Origin: an uncultured Pelagibacteraceae bacterium
GTDB taxonomy: Bacteria; Pseudomonadota; Alphaproteobacteria; Pelagibacterales; Pelagibacteraceae
Length of the DNA stretch: 64,000 nucleotides
Direction: 5' to 3'
Assembly (NCBI GenBank): GCA_902590365.1
Contig: CACIWJ010000001.1
Coordinates: forward strand, 501-64,500
The stretch's first letter is position 1. Every line of letters begins with the position of its first letter. Positions 9,185-22,188 of this stretch are shown in pieces. Below the pieces are notes generated by a model. The model was not told the DNA's origin. It searched no databases and saw only the letters and a program-made list of their open reading frames with translations. The translations under genes were made by a program, and so were the position numbers.

Positions 9185-9873
9185 TGTCATCAAAAAGATT
9201 TAAAAAATTACCAAGTGATACAAAAAAAATTAAGGCAGATATGATCGAAAAATTACTTCCATTAATAAAAAAAAATTGTACTACAAAATTTGATGAGTCA
9301 ATTGATTTAAGTATGCAAATAAATAATAAACAAAAAAAAAATGAAATTAATTTAAGAACAGTTATTAATATGCCAGGAGGTACTGGAAAAAAAGTTAAAG
9401 TAGCAGTTATTTGTGAAGAGTCTAAATCAAAAGAGGCTAAAGACGCGAGTGCTGATATAGTAGGAGGAGATGATTTTATTGAGAAAATTAAAAATGGAGA
9501 TTTAAACTTTGATAAATTAATCTGTACACCTTCAATGATGATAAAATTATCAAAATTGGGAAAAATTTTAGGTCCAAAAGGTCTAATGCCAAATCCTAAA
9601 CTTGGAACTGTTACGAATAATATTAAAAAAGCTGTCAAAGATTCAAAATCTGGTCAGGTGGAAATAAGAAATGATAAAGATGGAAATATTGGTGTAGCTT
9701 TAGGAAAAAAATCTTTTTCAGATGAAAACTTAATAAAAAATTACAATGCTATTTTAGAAACATTAGAAAAAGAAAAATCTAATGTAACAATAAAAGGTGA
9801 TTTAATAAAGAACACATATATCACGTCAACAATGGGAGTATCGTATAAACTTAAGTTATCTAAAAATATTTAA
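9184..9873 (+). CDS. rplA: 50S ribosomal protein L1
   Basis: KFDES, LGPKGLMPNPKLGTV, STMG. Confidence 0.98.
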   Translation: MSSKRFKKLPSDTKKIKADMIEKLLPLIKKNCTTKFDESIDLSMQINNKQKKNEINLRTVINMPGGTGKKVKVAVICEESKSKEAKDASADIVGGDDFIEKIKNGDLNFDKLICTPSMMIKLSKLGKILGPKGLMPNPKLGTVTNNIKKAVKDSKSGQVEIRNDKDGNIGVALGKKSFSDENLIKNYNAILETLEKEKSNVTIKGDLIKNTYITSTMGVSYKLKLSKNI

Positions 9874-9878
9874 TTATT

Positions 9879-10388
9879 ATGATGAATAAAGCAAAAAAGC
9901 AGGAATATATAAAAGAAATGACAACTCAGTTTGACAATTCTGAAGCTGTAATTGTAGCTCATTATCAAGGATTAACTATGTCTCAATTGGATGATTTAAG
10001 AAATAGAATGAGAGAACATGGTATACAATTTAAAATTACCAAAAATAGAATTACTAAACTTGCTTTAGAAAAAACTCGTTGTAAAGATTTGTCAGAATTG
10101 TTTAAGGGACCCACTGCTGTTGCTCTCTCAAAAGATGCAATTACATCAGCAAAAATACTAACAAAATTTTCTAAGGAAAATTCAAATTTAAAGATTCTTG
10201 GTGGAATAATGGGTTCAGACATTTTAGATGTAGCTGCAGTACAAAATGTAGCAACTCTACCTACACTAGATGAAGCAAGAGCTCAAATAATTGGAATTTT
10301 GAGGTCTCCTGCGCAAAAAATCGCAAGTATTTTACTTGCACCGGCGTCAAAAATCGCTATTTTAGCGCTCGAAAAATCAAAAAAGTAA
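9879..10388 (+). CDS. rplJ: 50S ribosomal protein L10
   Basis: YQGLT, KNRITKLAL, LATLP-like motif; synteny. Confidence 0.97.
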   Translation: MMNKAKKQEYIKEMTTQFDNSEAVIVAHYQGLTMSQLDDLRNRMREHGIQFKITKNRITKLALEKTRCKDLSELFKGPTAVALSKDAITSAKILTKFSKENSNLKILGGIMGSDILDVAAVQNVATLPTLDEARAQIIGILRSPAQKIASILLAPASKIAILALEKSKK

Positions 10389-10409
10389 CCTTTAAAAACA
10401 AAAAAAAAT

Positions 10410-10784
10410 ATGGCTGACCTAAATAAAATTATTGAAGATTTATCAAGTTTGACTGTTGTTGAAGCAGCTGAACTTTCAAAACAACTAGAAGAAAAATGGG
10501 GAGTTACAGCAGCTGCAGCTGTTGCAGCTGCTCCAGCAGCAGGAGGAGCAGGAGGTGCTCCAGCTGAAGAAAAAAGTGAATTTACTATAGTACTAGCTTC
10601 TGCAGGAGATAAGAAAATAAATGTTATTAAAGAAATTCGTGGCGTGACATCTCTTGGTTTAAAAGAGGCTAAAGATTTAGTTGAGGGAGCACCAAAAGAA
10701 GTAAAAACTGGTGTTAACAAAAAAGAAGCTGAAGAGATAAAAGCTAAATTAGAAGCAGCTGGCGCTAAAGTAGAACTTAAGTAA
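10410..10784 (+). CDS. rplL: 50S ribosomal protein L7/L12
   Basis: [21 protein letters not shown]. Confidence 0.99.
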   Translation: MADLNKIIEDLSSLTVVEAAELSKQLEEKWGVTAAAAVAAAPAAGGAGGAPAEEKSEFTIVLASAGDKKINVIKEIRGVTSLGLKEAKDLVEGAPKEVKTGVNKKEAEEIKAKLEAAGAKVELK

Positions 10785-10804
10785 ATTAATTAATAAATTT
10801 TTTA

Positions 10805-10838
10805 ATTACTGCCTATTAAAATAGTCAGTAATATTTTA
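10805..10838 (+). terminator. Hairpin between rplL and rpoB (possible attenuator or processing site)
   Basis: ATTACTG-C-CTATT-AA-AATAG-T-CAGTAAT inverted repeat followed by ATTTTA. Confidence 0.45.
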
Positions 10839-10841
10839 TAA

Positions 10842-13800
10842 ATGCAACTATCGTTTACTGAAAAAAAAAATATCAGAAAAAACTTTGGAAAACTCAAAGA
10901 AGGACTGTCAATACCAAATTTAATTGAAGTACAAAAAAATTCTTATAAACAATTAACAGAATTTAAACAAGATATTGATCAAAATTTAGTAAAAGGTTTT
11001 GATAGAGTTTTTAAAAGTATATTTCCAATAGAAGATCTTAATGATAAAGCAACTCTTGAATATGTTTCTTATAGATTAGAAAAACCAAAATTTGATGTTG
11101 AGGAATGCATTCAAAGAGGCCTAACATACTCATCAGCATTGAAATGTACATTAAGATTAGTTGTATATGAGATAGACCAAGAAAATAATACAAAAGAAAT
11201 TTTATCTGCAAAAGAACAAGAAGTTTATATGGGAGAAGTTCCAATGATGACTAATAGTGGAACTTTCATAACAAACGGAGTCCAAAGAGTAGTAGTTAAT
11301 CAAATGCATAGAAGTCCAGGAGTTTTCTTTGATCATGATAAGGGAAAATCTCACGCTAGTGGTAAATTACTTTTTAATTGTAGAGTTATACCAAACAGAG
11401 GATCTTGGTTAGATTTTGAGTACGATGTTAAAGACTTGTTATATTTTAGAATTGATCGGAAGAAAAAAATATATGTTTCAACTTTATTATTAGCTTTAGG
11501 CTATTCAAAGCAAGATATAGTCGATGAATACTATGAAAAAGAAACCTACACTTTTGATTCTAAGATTAATAAGTGGAAAACAAAATTTAATCCAGAAAAT
11601 TATAAATCTAAAAATTTTTCTGAGGAAATTATTGATGCTAAAAATGGCAAAGTAGTTGTTAAACTTGGTGAAAAAGTTAATTTTTTAAATGCAAAAAAAT
11701 TATTTGATGATGGTTTAAAGGAAATATTTGTTTCAAATGAGTCATTGTATAGCAAATATCTTCATAAAGACATTGCTATTGGTACTGAAATTTTAAAAAT
11801 TGGAACAGAACTAAATGAAACTTTAATTCAAAAAATTTTAGAAAATAATATTAATACAATTTATATTTCATCAACAAATACAATAAATAAAGGCCCTTAT
11901 TTACTTCAAACTATAAATATTGATAAGAACGATACTAAAAATGATGCTATAACTGAAATTTATAAAGTTTTAAGACCAGGAGAACCTCCAACAATTGAAA
12001 TTGCTGCACAAATTTTTAATAATTTATTTTTTAGTTCCGATAGATATGATTTATCTGATGTAGGAAGAGTTAAAATGAATTCTAGATTAAATTTAGAATG
12101 TTCAGACAAAATAACAATACTTAGAAATGATGATGTAATATCAATAATTAAAAAGATGTTAGATTTACGAGACGGTAAAGAAGAAGTTGATGATATTGAT
12201 CATTTAGCAAATAGAAGAGTTAGATCTGTTGGTGAATTAGTTGAAAATCAAGCGAGAATTGGCGTCTACAGAATGGAAAGAGCTATAAAAGAAAAAATGA
12301 CAACTTTAGATGTTGAATCTGCAATGCCCCAAGATCTAGTTAATGCTAAGCCACTTACTATTTCACTTAAAGATTTTTTTGCTACATCTCAGCTATCTCA
12401 ATTTATGGATCAAACAAATCCTTTATCCGAAATTACTCATAAAAGAAGAGTCTCAGCATTAGGACCTGGAGGATTAACTAGAGAAAGAGCTGGCTTTGAA
12501 GTTAGAGACGTACACCCAACGCATTACGGTAGGATTTGTCCTATAGAGACACCAGAAGGTCCAAATATTGGATTGATTAATAGTTTATCAACTTATTCAA
12601 AAATTAATAAATATGGATTTATAGAAAGTCCATATAAAAAAGTTAAAAATGGTGTAGTAGAAGATAAAATTGAATATTTGTCAGCAATGGAAGAAACTAA
12701 ATTTACTATTGCACAGGCTAATTCTAAAATTGATAAAAATGGAAAGTTTACTGAAGACTTAGTCTCATGTAGAGAAAATTTAAATTTTATTTTATCTAAA
12801 CCAGAAAATATTGATTATATAGACGTATCACCCAAGCAATTAGTATCAGTTGCCGCATCATTGATTCCTTTTTTAGAAAATGATGACGCAAATAGAGCTT
12901 TAATGGGTTCAAATATGATGAGACAGGCAGTGCCATTATTAAAACCAGAATCACCTTTGGTTGGCACTGGCATAGAAAGTGATGTTGCATTAGATTCTGG
13001 AGTTACAATAGTAGCTAAAAGAGATGGTGTTGTTGATAAAATTGATGGAAAAAGAATAGTTATTAAAGCAACAAGTGAGTCGGATTTTACTAAATCAGGT
13101 GTTGATATATATAATCTACAAAAATTTAAAAGATCAAATCAAAACACATGTATAAATCAAAAACCACTTGTTAGAGTAGGGGATAAAGTAAAATCTGGTG
13201 ATATTATTGCAGACGGACCATCAACAAAACTTGGTGAATTAGCTCTAGGAAAAAATGTTACGGTAGCATTTATGCCATGGCAAGGATATAATTTTGAAGA
13301 TTCAATTTTAATTTCAGAGAGATGTGTAACAGATGATGTATTTACATCTGTACATATTGAAGAGTATGAAATTATGGCGAGAGATACAAAACTAGGTGAA
13401 GAGGATATTACTAGAGATATACCAAATGTTAACGAAGAAGCTTTAAAAAATCTAGATGAATCAGGCATTGTGTATATCGGTGCCGAAGTTAAACCAGGTG
13501 ATATATTGGTAGGAAAAGTTACTCCAAAGGGAGATTCCGCTTCAGGACCTGAAGAAAAGCTTTTAAGATCAATTTTTGGCGAAAAAGCGATTGATGTTAC
13601 TGATACTTCTTTAAAAATGCCTAGTGGAAGTGGAGGAATTGTCGTTGATGTCAGAGTTTTTAATCGTCATGGAATAGAAAAAGACGAAAGATCTATCACT
13701 ATAGAAAGAGCAGAAATTGATTCAGTACAACAAGATAAAATTGTTGAGGAAGAAATTTTAGAAAGAAGTATTAAGCAAAGAGCTACTCAAATTTTAGAAG

Positions 13801-14924
13801 GGTCAACATTAAATAAAAAAATAAAAGATTTTGACACAGGTACAAAATTAACAACAGAGCAAATAGATAGTTTATTAATTTCGGATATTTTTAAAATTAC
13901 AGTTGGAAATAATAAAAATGAAGATGCTTTAGAAAAATTAAAGGATCAATTTAATAAAGCTAAAAAAGATATTCAGGACAGATTTGAGGATAAGGTTTTA
14001 AAAATTAGACAAGGTGATGAATTATTGCCAAGCGTCATGAAAATGGTTAAAGTTTTTGTAGCGATTAAAAGAAGATTAAGACCTGGTGATAAAATGTCAG
14101 GAAGACATGGTAATAAAGGCGTAGTTAGTAAAATTGTACCTGTCGAAGACATGCCTTATAGAGAAAATGGAAAAGCAGTTGATATAGTTTTAAATCCTCT
14201 TGGTGTACCAAGTCGTATGAACGTAGGTCAAATCTTGGAAACACATTTAGGTTGGTCATGTTCAGAATTAGGTGAAAATATAAAAAATTTAATAAATCAA
14301 AACCAAAAAATAGTTGAAAAAAATGAAAAAATTTCAAACTTTCTTAAGTCTGTGTATGGAAAAAATGTTTATGATGAAAATTTAGATAAGCTTAACAAAA
14401 CTGAATTTAAAGATCTTTGCGAAAATTTACAGAACGGTGTTCCAATTGCAACCCCTGTATTTGATGGAGCAAAAGTGCAAGATGTAACAAATATGCTTGA
14501 TCTCGCAAACTTACCAAAATCTGGACAAACTCAACTTTGGGATGGTAGAACAGGAGAAAAATTTGACCGTGAAGTTACTGTCGGCACTATATATATGTTA
14601 AAATTGCATCACCTAGTCGAAGATAAAATTCATGCTAGATCAACAGGCCCATATAGTTTAGTTACTCAACAACCTTTAGGTGGAAAAGCTCAATTAGGAG
14701 GACAAAGATTTGGAGAAATGGAAGTCTGGGCTTTAGAAGCTTATGGAGCCTCATACACCTTGCAAGAAATTTTGACTGTTAAATCGGATGATGTTGCAGG
14801 AAGAGTAAAAGTATACGAAACAATAGTTAAAGGGGAAGAGAATTTTGAGTCTGGCATTCCTGAATCATTTAATGTTCTTGTAAAAGAAATTAAAGCTTTA
14901 GCTTTAAATGTGGAGCTTAATTAA
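10842..14924 (+). CDS. rpoB: RNA polymerase beta subunit
   Basis: [50 protein letters not shown]. Confidence 0.99.
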   Translation: MQLSFTEKKNIRKNFGKLKEGLSIPNLIEVQKNSYKQLTEFKQDIDQNLVKGFDRVFKSIFPIEDLNDKATLEYVSYRLEKPKFDVEECIQRGLTYSSALKCTLRLVVYEIDQENNTKEILSAKEQEVYMGEVPMMTNSGTFITNGVQRVVVNQMHRSPGVFFDHDKGKSHASGKLLFNCRVIPNRGSWLDFEYDVKDLLYFRIDRKKKIYVSTLLLALGYSKQDIVDEYYEKETYTFDSKINKWKTKFNPENYKSKNFSEEIIDAKNGKVVVKLGEKVNFLNAKKLFDDGLKEIFVSNESLYSKYLHKDIAIGTEILKIGTELNETLIQKILENNINTIYISSTNTINKGPYLLQTINIDKNDTKNDAITEIYKVLRPGEPPTIEIAAQIFNNLFFSSDRYDLSDVGRVKMNSRLNLECSDKITILRNDDVISIIKKMLDLRDGKEEVDDIDHLANRRVRSVGELVENQARIGVYRMERAIKEKMTTLDVESAMPQDLVNAKPLTISLKDFFATSQLSQFMDQTNPLSEITHKRRVSALGPGGLTRERAGFEVRDVHPTHYGRICPIETPEGPNIGLINSLSTYSKINKYGFIESPYKKVKNGVVEDKIEYLSAMEETKFTIAQANSKIDKNGKFTEDLVSCRENLNFILSKPENIDYIDVSPKQLVSVAASLIPFLENDDANRALMGSNMMRQAVPLLKPESPLVGTGIESDVALDSGVTIVAKRDGVVDKIDGKRIVIKATSESDFTKSGVDIYNLQKFKRSNQNTCINQKPLVRVGDKVKSGDIIADGPSTKLGELALGKNVTVAFMPWQGYNFEDSILISERCVTDDVFTSVHIEEYEIMARDTKLGEEDITRDIPNVNEEALKNLDESGIVYIGAEVKPGDILVGKVTPKGDSASGPEEKLLRSIFGEKAIDVTDTSLKMPSGSGGIVVDVRVFNRHGIEKDERSITIERAEIDSVQQDKIVEEEILERSIKQRATQILEGSTLNKKIKDFDTGTKLTTEQIDSLLISDIFKITVGNNKNEDALEKLKDQFNKAKKDIQDRFEDKVLKIRQGDELLPSVMKMVKVFVAIKRRLRPGDKMSGRHGNKGVVSKIVPVEDMPYRENGKAVDIVLNPLGVPSRMNVGQILETHLGWSCSELGENIKNLINQNQKIVEKNEKISNFLKSVYGKNVYDENLDKLNKTEFKDLCENLQNGVPIATPVFDGAKVQDVTNMLDLANLPKSGQTQLWDGRTGEKFDREVTVGTIYMLKLHHLVEDKIHARSTGPYSLVTQQPLGGKAQLGGQRFGEMEVWALEAYGASYTLQEILTVKSDDVAGRVKVYETIVKGEENFESGIPESFNVLVKEIKALALNVELN

Positions 14925-14926
14925 AT

Positions 14927-17900
14927 ATGAAAAAAGATATTAAAGATTTATTTAAAAATAATGAAATTTTAGAGTCACAAAACTTTAGTAGTATAAAAAT
15001 TACTTTAGCAAGTCCTGAAAAAATAAAATCTTGGACATATGGTGAAATTAAAAAACCTGAAACAATAAACTATAGAACATTTAGACCAGAAAAAGATGGT
15101 TTGTTTTGTGCAAGAATATTTGGACCAATTAAAGATTACGAATGTTTGTGCGGAAAATATAAAAGAATGAAATTTAGAGGGATAATATGTGAAAAATGTG
15201 GTGTTGAAGTTACCAAGTCAAACGTTCGAAGAGAAAGAATGGGACATATTAATTTAGCAACACCTGTTGCACATATTTGGTTTTTAAAATCCTTACCAAG
15301 TAGAATTTCATTAGCAATAGATATGAAACTTAAAGAGGTAGAAAGAGTACTTTATTTTGAAAGTTTTATTGTTATAGAGCCCGGTCTTACAGCTCTTAAA
15401 AAAAACCAATTATTAACAGAAGATGAGTTATCCAAATATCAAGAAGAGTATGGTGAGGAATCATTTTCTGCCGGAATAGGTGCAGAAGCAATTTTAGAAA
15501 TATTAAAATCTATAGATTTAAAAAATGAAAGAGAAATACTTTTAAAAAATATTAATGAGACTAAATCAAAAGTTGCTGAAGAACGTTCAATAAAAAGATT
15601 AAAACTAATCGACTCATTTATTGAAACTGGAAACAAGCCAGAATGGATGATTTTAACAACCATTCCAGTTATACCACCTGAATTAAGACCACTCGTTCCA
15701 CTTGATGGTGGAAGATTTGCAACGTCAGATTTAAATGATCTTTATAGAAGAGTAATTAATAGAAATAATAGACTTAAAAGACTTATGGATCTTAAGGCTC
15801 CAGATATAATCATTAGAAATGAAAAAAGAATGTTGCAAGAATCAGTGGATGCACTTTTTGATAATGGTAGAAGAGGAAGAGTAATTACTGGAACAGGCAA
15901 AAGACCATTAAAATCTCTAGCAGAAATGCTTAAAGGAAAACAAGGTCGATTTAGACAAAATTTATTAGGAAAACGAGTTGATTATTCAGGAAGATCAGTA
16001 ATTGTTGTAGGCCCTGATTTGAAACTTCACGAATGTGGTCTACCAAAAAAAATGGCTTTAGAGTTATTTAAACCATTTTTATATGCAAGATTAAATAAAT
16101 TAGGATTAGCTTCGACAATCAAGCAGGCTAAAAAATTAGTCGATAAGGAAACAAATGCAGTATGGGATGCATTAGAATTGATTGTAAGAGAACACCCTGT
16201 AATATTAAATAGAGCACCCACACTTCACAGACTTGGCGTTCAAGCATTTGAACCTAAACTTATAGAAGGAGATGCTATTGAATTGCACCCTTTAACATGT
16301 GCAGCTTTTAATGCAGACTTTGATGGCGATCAAATGGCTGTTCATATACCATTAAGTTTAGAGGCACAATTAGAAGCTAGGATTTTAATGATGTCAACAA
16401 ACAATATTTTAAGTCCATCAAATGGAAAACCAATTATTGTTCCTAGTCAAGATATGATTTTAGGAATTTATTATTTGTCTCAACCACCATATCAGACTGA
16501 AAAAGTAGAAGGTTATTTTGTAAATAATTCAGAAATTGAACAAGGTTTAGAGTCAGGGAGTATAAATGTACACTCTAGAATTATATCAAGATTCCAAACT
16601 GCTGATAAAGAAGGTAAATTGATAACTGAAAAACACACAAGCACAGCAGGAAGATTTTTACTAGCAAATTTACTACCTAAACACAAAGATATTAAATTTT
16701 CTTTAATTGATAGATTGTTACCAAAAAAAACAGTTTCTGAAATAATAGATATGGTATTCAGGTTTACAGGCCAAAAAAGTACTGTGATATTCTGTGATAA
16801 ATTAAAAGACTTAGGTTTTAAACATGCCTTTAAAGCAGGTATTTCTTTTGGAAAAGATGATTTAATCATACCAGATAATAAAGAACAATTAATTAATGAA
16901 ACAAAAAAATTAATTAAGGATTATGAAAATCAGTATGCAGAAGGCTTAATAACAAGAGGGGAAAAATATAACAAAGTTGTTGATGCATGGTCAAAGTGTA
17001 CAGATCGTGTGGCATCAGAAATGATGAAAAGAATATCTGCTACAGAAACAACAAAAGATGGTTTAAAAGTTAATTCTGTATTTATGATGGCAGACTCTGG
17101 AGCAAGAGGTTCTGCTGCACAAATGAAACAATTAGCGGGAATGAGAGGTTTAATTGCAAAACCTTCTGGTGAAATTATTGAGTCACCAATCACATCAAAT
17201 TTTAAAGAAGGATTAACGGCCCTTGAATACTTTAATTCGACCCATGGTGCCAGAAAAGGATTAGCTGACACAGCATTGAAAACTGCAAATTCAGGCTATT
17301 TGACAAGAAGATTGTGCGATGTGGCCCAGGATTTAACAATAACTAAAAAAGTTTGTGATTGTGGTAAAGCTGGCAGTATTAATTTATCTGAGATTATAGA
17401 GGGTGGAAATGTAATTGTAACTCTGTCCGAAAGAGCACTTGGTAGAGTCGTTGCTAGCGATATAAAAAATCCAATTACTGGAGATAAAATTATTAAAAAA
17501 GGCGAAATGATAGATGAGTCAGGATGTGAAAAAATTGATGCAGCCGGAGTAAAATCTATTCAAGTATACTCAGTAATAACGTGCGGATCTAAAGAGGGTG
17601 TTTGTGCAATGAGTTATGGAAGAGATTTATCAAGAGGAAAAATGGTTCATGTAGGTGAAGCTATTGGAATGATATCTGCTCAATCAATTGGTGAGCCAGG
17701 TACACAATTAACAATGAGAACGTTTCATGTTGGAGGAACTGCCTCAATTAAACAAGAGTCACAAATAATAAGTAAAAATGAAGGCACTTTAAAAATTATA
17801 AATACAAATTTGTTAGAAGATTCAAAGAAAAACTTAATAGTAATGGGAAGAAATACACAATTATCTATTGAAGACAAAAATGGATTACAAATAGCAATTT

Positions 17901-19096
17901 ATAAAGTGCCTTATGGATCAAAATTATTTTTTAAAAACGAGGATAAGATTAAAAAAAATTCAAAAATTTGTGAGTGGGATCCATATACAACTCCTGTTAT
18001 TGCAGAAAAAAGTGGTATTGCAAATTATGTGGATTTAATTGATGGAGTCTCTTTATCAGAAACTTTGGATGATGCAACAGGAATAGCATCTAAATCAGTA
18101 ATTGATTGGAGATCTCAATCAAAAAATACTGATTTAAAACCAAGAATAACATTAAGAGATGAAAAAGGTAATGTAATTAAAAAAGCTGATGATAATGAAG
18201 CTAGATATTATTTGGTTCCAGATTCAATTCTTTCAGTTAAAGATGGTCAAAAAATTTCTGCTGGTGATGTAATTGCAAGATTACCAAAAGAAACTTCCAA
18301 AACTAAAGATATAACAGGAGGCTTACCTAGAGTTGCTGAATTGTTTGAAGCACGAAAAGCTAAAGACAGTGCTATTATTGCAGAAAATGATGGTAAAGTT
18401 TTATTTGGTAAAGAAGTAAGAGGTAAACAAAGAATTTCAATAGTCGCTGATGATGGTGTGAGTTCAAATTATTTAATACCAAAAGGCAAGCATATAAATT
18501 TTAATCAAGGCGAAAAAATTAAAAAAGGTGAATATTTACTTGATGGACAACCATTACCACATGATATTTTAAGAATATTAGGAATTGAAGAATTAACAGA
18601 ATATTTTGTGAATCAAGTTCAAGAAGTTTATAGACTTCAAGGTGTTGTTATTAATGATAAACATATTGAAACAATATTACGTCAAATGTTAAAAAAAGTT
18701 GAAGTTAAAAATTCTGGAGACTCAAGTTTACTTCCAGGTGAAATAGTAGATAGAATTAAATTTGAAAATATGAACGAAAAATTACGATCTGAAAAGAAAA
18801 AGCCTGCGTTTGCTGAAAGAGTTTTAATGGGTATTACAAAAGCTTCACTTCAAACTGAGTCATTTATTTCTGCAGCATCTTTTCAAGAAACAACAAGAGT
18901 CCTTACAGATGCAGCAATAAGAGGTAAAGTTGATGTTCTTCAAGGTTTAAAAGAAAATGTAATAGTTGGAAGATTAGTTCCTGCAGGAACTGGGACAATT
19001 AAAAATGATTGGAATAGAAATGCAATTAAAGATGATGAAAAATTTCTGTCTGAACAAGAGTTAGATGAAGCATCAAAAACCCAGGTAAATCAATAA
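14927..19096 (+). CDS. rpoC: RNA polymerase beta' subunit
   Basis: [12 protein letters not shown] catalytic motif and N-terminal Zn ribbon. Confidence 0.99.
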   Translation: MKKDIKDLFKNNEILESQNFSSIKITLASPEKIKSWTYGEIKKPETINYRTFRPEKDGLFCARIFGPIKDYECLCGKYKRMKFRGIICEKCGVEVTKSNVRRERMGHINLATPVAHIWFLKSLPSRISLAIDMKLKEVERVLYFESFIVIEPGLTALKKNQLLTEDELSKYQEEYGEESFSAGIGAEAILEILKSIDLKNEREILLKNINETKSKVAEERSIKRLKLIDSFIETGNKPEWMILTTIPVIPPELRPLVPLDGGRFATSDLNDLYRRVINRNNRLKRLMDLKAPDIIIRNEKRMLQESVDALFDNGRRGRVITGTGKRPLKSLAEMLKGKQGRFRQNLLGKRVDYSGRSVIVVGPDLKLHECGLPKKMALELFKPFLYARLNKLGLASTIKQAKKLVDKETNAVWDALELIVREHPVILNRAPTLHRLGVQAFEPKLIEGDAIELHPLTCAAFNADFDGDQMAVHIPLSLEAQLEARILMMSTNNILSPSNGKPIIVPSQDMILGIYYLSQPPYQTEKVEGYFVNNSEIEQGLESGSINVHSRIISRFQTADKEGKLITEKHTSTAGRFLLANLLPKHKDIKFSLIDRLLPKKTVSEIIDMVFRFTGQKSTVIFCDKLKDLGFKHAFKAGISFGKDDLIIPDNKEQLINETKKLIKDYENQYAEGLITRGEKYNKVVDAWSKCTDRVASEMMKRISATETTKDGLKVNSVFMMADSGARGSAAQMKQLAGMRGLIAKPSGEIIESPITSNFKEGLTALEYFNSTHGARKGLADTALKTANSGYLTRRLCDVAQDLTITKKVCDCGKAGSINLSEIIEGGNVIVTLSERALGRVVASDIKNPITGDKIIKKGEMIDESGCEKIDAAGVKSIQVYSVITCGSKEGVCAMSYGRDLSRGKMVHVGEAIGMISAQSIGEPGTQLTMRTFHVGGTASIKQESQIISKNEGTLKIINTNLLEDSKKNLIVMGRNTQLSIEDKNGLQIAIYKVPYGSKLFFKNEDKIKKNSKICEWDPYTTPVIAEKSGIANYVDLIDGVSLSETLDDATGIASKSVIDWRSQSKNTDLKPRITLRDEKGNVIKKADDNEARYYLVPDSILSVKDGQKISAGDVIARLPKETSKTKDITGGLPRVAELFEARKAKDSAIIAENDGKVLFGKEVRGKQRISIVADDGVSSNYLIPKGKHINFNQGEKIKKGEYLLDGQPLPHDILRILGIEELTEYFVNQVQEVYRLQGVVINDKHIETILRQMLKKVEVKNSGDSSLLPGEIVDRIKFENMNEKLRSEKKKPAFAERVLMGITKASLQTESFISAASFQETTRVLTDAAIRGKVDVLQGLKENVIVGRLVPAGTGTIKNDWNRNAIKDDEKFLSEQELDEASKTQVNQ

Positions 19097-19125
19097 AAAT
19101 TAGACGTTTTTTTAAGTATTTTAAT

Positions 19126-19153
19126 TTGACAAATACAATTTCTATAGTATTTT
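19126..19153 (+). promoter_or_regulatory. Putative str operon promoter
   Basis: Consensus TTGACA followed after 16 bp by TATTTT, in the 156-bp rpoC-rpsL gap. Confidence 0.55.
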
Positions 19154-19154
19154 T

Positions 19155-19252
19155 GCCATATTTTTTGGTTGGAATGTAATGTCATTGGGACATTAAACGC
19201 TGCCATTAATAACCTGTCAGTTATTTCTTATCAAAAAAATAATTTAATAATT
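19155..19252 (+). promoter_or_regulatory. Structured rpsL 5' leader (candidate cis-regulatory RNA)
   Basis: Perfect hairpins TAATGTC-ATTGG-GACATTA (19177-19195) and AATAAC-CTGTCA-GTTATT (19208-19225); a structured rpsL leader has been described in Pelagibacter. Confidence 0.55.
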
Positions 19253-19624
19253 ATGCCAACAATAAACCAGTTATTAAGAAAAAGAAGACGTAGACCGACC
19301 GCAAGGGACAAAGTTCCAGCATTAGAAAAATCACCTCAAAAGAGAGGTGTTTGTGTAAAAGTTTATACTACTACTCCTAAAAAACCCAATTCAGCTTTAA
19401 GGAAAGTTGCAAGAGTAAGACTTTCAAATGGACATGAAGTAACTTCTTATATACCGGGTGAAGGACATAATTTGCAAGAACACTCAGTGGTATTAATTAG
19501 AGGTGGAAGAGTAAAAGATTTACCTGGTGTTCGTTATCACATCTTAAGAGGAAATTTAGATACACAAGGTGTTACAGCTAGAAAACAACAACGTTCAAAA
19601 TACGGTGCTAAAAAAGGTAAATAA
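19253..19624 (+). CDS. rpsL: 30S ribosomal protein S12
   Basis: MPTINQL start at 19253; [19 protein letters not shown]. Confidence 0.99.
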   Translation: MPTINQLLRKRRRRPTARDKVPALEKSPQKRGVCVKVYTTTPKKPNSALRKVARVRLSNGHEVTSYIPGEGHNLQEHSVVLIRGGRVKDLPGVRYHILRGNLDTQGVTARKQQRSKYGAKKGK

Positions 19625-19630
19625 AAATTT

Positions 19631-20101
19631 ATGTCTAGAAAAAAAAAAGCACCTAAAAAAATACCAATAGTTGATCCTAAATTTAAATCAACAATTATTC
19701 CAAAATTAATCAATTCCATAATGTACGATGGAAAAAAAACGATCGCTGAAAAAATTATATATGATGCTATTGATAAAATTAAATCGAAATCTAAGGAAGA
19801 ACCAATAAATATTTTTAATGAAGCGATAAATAATATTAGACCTACAGTTGAAGTAAGATCAAGAAGAGTCGGCGGTGCTACGTATCAAGTTCCAGTAGAA
19901 GTAAAATCTAAAAGATCTCAAGCGTTAGCTTTAAGATGGTTAATTGATGCTTCAAGAAAAAGAAAAGATAAAAATATGTCTGATAAAATATTTAATGAAA
20001 TATATGATGCCTATCAAAATAGAGGATCAGCAATTAAAAAAAAAGAGGATACACATAAAATGGCAGAATCAAATAAGGCATTCGCGCATTTTAGATGGTA
20101 A
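19631..20101 (+). CDS. rpsG: 30S ribosomal protein S7
   Basis: RRVGGATYQVP, HKMAESNKAFAHFRW. Confidence 0.99.
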   Translation: MSRKKKAPKKIPIVDPKFKSTIIPKLINSIMYDGKKTIAEKIIYDAIDKIKSKSKEEPINIFNEAINNIRPTVEVRSRRVGGATYQVPVEVKSKRSQALALRWLIDASRKRKDKNMSDKIFNEIYDAYQNRGSAIKKKEDTHKMAESNKAFAHFRW

Positions 20102-20107
20102 TTAGAA

Positions 20108-22186
20108 ATGACTAGAACACATAATTTAGATAAATATAGAAATATTGGAATAATGGCCCACATTGATGCAGGCAAAACAACAACAACTGAAAGAGTTTTG
20201 TACTACACAGGTAAAAGTCACAAAATTGGTGAAGTGCATGATGGAGCTGCAACAATGGATTGGATGGAACAAGAGCAAGAGAGAGGTATTACAATAACGT
20301 CAGCAGCTACTACTTGTTTTTGGAGAGAACACAGAATTAATATTATAGACACCCCTGGTCATGTTGACTTCACCATTGAAGTTGAAAGATCACTTAAAGT
20401 TTTAGATGGTGCCGTTGCGGTGTTTGATGGTGTTGCTGGTGTTGAACCACAATCAGAAACAGTATGGAGACAAGCTGACAAATATAAAGTTCCTAGAATT
20501 TGTTTTGTTAATAAATTAGATAGAACAGGTGCTGATTTTTTTAGATGTGTTGAAATGATTAAAGACAGACTTGGTGCAAAACCTTTGGTCATGCAAGTTC
20601 CAATTGGTATTGAAGCTTCTCTAAAAGGTGTAGTCGATCTAGTAAAAATGAAGGCCATCGTTTGGAAAAATGAAGATCTTGGAGCTGAATGGGAAGAAAA
20701 AGATATACCAGATGATTTAAAAGAAATTTCTGAAAAATATCGTCAAGAATTAGTTGAAACTGCTGTTGAACAAGATGAAAAGCTAATGGAAAGTTATTTA
20801 AATGGTGATCAAATTAAAAATGAAGATTTAATAAAATGTGTAAGAAAAGGATGTTTAAATTTTGATTTTGTTCCTGTTTTAACTGGTTCTGCCTTCAAAA
20901 ATAAAGGTGTTCAACCTTTATTGGATGCCGTAATTGATTATCTTCCTAGCCCTGTTGATATTGGCTCAATTAAAGGAACTAAACCAGGATCTGATGAAGA
21001 TATTGAAATGAAATTTGAAGATACTTCACCTTTTTCTGCATTAGCATTTAAAGTTGCTAACGACCCTTTTGTTGGGTCATTAACGTTTATTAGAATTTAT
21101 TCTGGAACTGTTAAAACTGGAACTGCTATTTACAATACTTCAAAAGATAAAGAAGAAAGAGTTGGAAGAATGTTATTAATGCATGCAAACTCAAGAGAAG
21201 ATATTAAAGAAGCAAATGCTGGTGATATAGTAGCGTTAGCTGGATTGAAGTATACAATTACAGGTCATACGTTAGCTAATGAAGATCAACCAGTTCTTCT
21301 TGAACCGATGGAATTTCCAGACCCAGTTATAGAAATTGCTGTAGAACCAAAAACAAAAGCCGATCAAGAAAAAATGGGTGAAGCTTTAGGCCGTTTAGCC
21401 AAAGAAGACCCTTCATTTCGAGTTAGTTCAGATGAGGAGTCTGGCCAAACTATAATTAAAGGTATGGGTGAACTACATTTAGATATTATTGTTGATAGGA
21501 TGAAAAGAGAATTTAAAGTTGAAGCAAATGTTGGTGCACCACAAGTAGCTTACAGAGAAACAATACAAAATGCTACGGAGTTTGATTATACACATAAAAA
21601 GCAAAGTGGTGGAGCTGGACAATTTGCAAGAGTTAAACTTTCTGTTGAACCATTAGAACCTGGAAAAGGAAGAGAAGTTGAAAGCAAAATTAAAGGTGGA
21701 GCTATACCTAAAGAGTTTATACCCGGTGTAGAAAAAGGAGTAGAGTCAGTAGCGGATAACGGAATCTTAGCTGGTTTTCCAATAATTGATTATAAAGTTA
21801 CAATTTTAGATGGGTTACATCATGATGTTGACTCAAGCGTGTTAGCTTTTGAGCTTGCATCAAGAGCATGTTTTAAAGAAGCTTGTACAAGAGGAACTTT
21901 AAAATTATTAGAACCTGTTATGCGTGTAGAAGTAGTAACACCTGAAGATTATATGGGTGATGTAATTGGAGATTTGAATAGTAGAAGAGGACAAATTAAT
22001 ACCCAAGAGCAAAGAGGAAATGCAACAGTAATAACAGCGATGGTCCCACTAGCTAATATGTTTGGATATATAAATAGCTTAAGATCTATGTCTCAAGGTA
22101 GAGCTCAGTATTCAATGTTTTTTGATCATTATGCAAAAGTACCTCAAAATGTTCAAGATGAAGTAACTAAAAAGATTGCAGGCTAA
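20108..22186 (+). CDS. fusA: Elongation factor G
   Basis: [24 protein letters not shown]. Confidence 0.99.
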   Translation: MTRTHNLDKYRNIGIMAHIDAGKTTTTERVLYYTGKSHKIGEVHDGAATMDWMEQEQERGITITSAATTCFWREHRINIIDTPGHVDFTIEVERSLKVLDGAVAVFDGVAGVEPQSETVWRQADKYKVPRICFVNKLDRTGADFFRCVEMIKDRLGAKPLVMQVPIGIEASLKGVVDLVKMKAIVWKNEDLGAEWEEKDIPDDLKEISEKYRQELVETAVEQDEKLMESYLNGDQIKNEDLIKCVRKGCLNFDFVPVLTGSAFKNKGVQPLLDAVIDYLPSPVDIGSIKGTKPGSDEDIEMKFEDTSPFSALAFKVANDPFVGSLTFIRIYSGTVKTGTAIYNTSKDKEERVGRMLLMHANSREDIKEANAGDIVALAGLKYTITGHTLANEDQPVLLEPMEFPDPVIEIAVEPKTKADQEKMGEALGRLAKEDPSFRVSSDEESGQTIIKGMGELHLDIIVDRMKREFKVEANVGAPQVAYRETIQNATEFDYTHKKQSGGAGQFARVKLSVEPLEPGKGREVESKIKGGAIPKEFIPGVEKGVESVADNGILAGFPIIDYKVTILDGLHHDVDSSVLAFELASRACFKEACTRGTLKLLEPVMRVEVVTPEDYMGDVIGDLNSRRGQINTQEQRGNATVITAMVPLANMFGYINSLRSMSQGRAQYSMFFDHYAKVPQNVQDEVTKKIAG

Positions 22187-22188
22187 CA

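Noticed and set aside
19169-19252. 28-aa N-terminal extension of S12 from a TTG
   Set aside because: S12 starts at the conserved MPTINQL; the upstream region is better explained as a structured leader.
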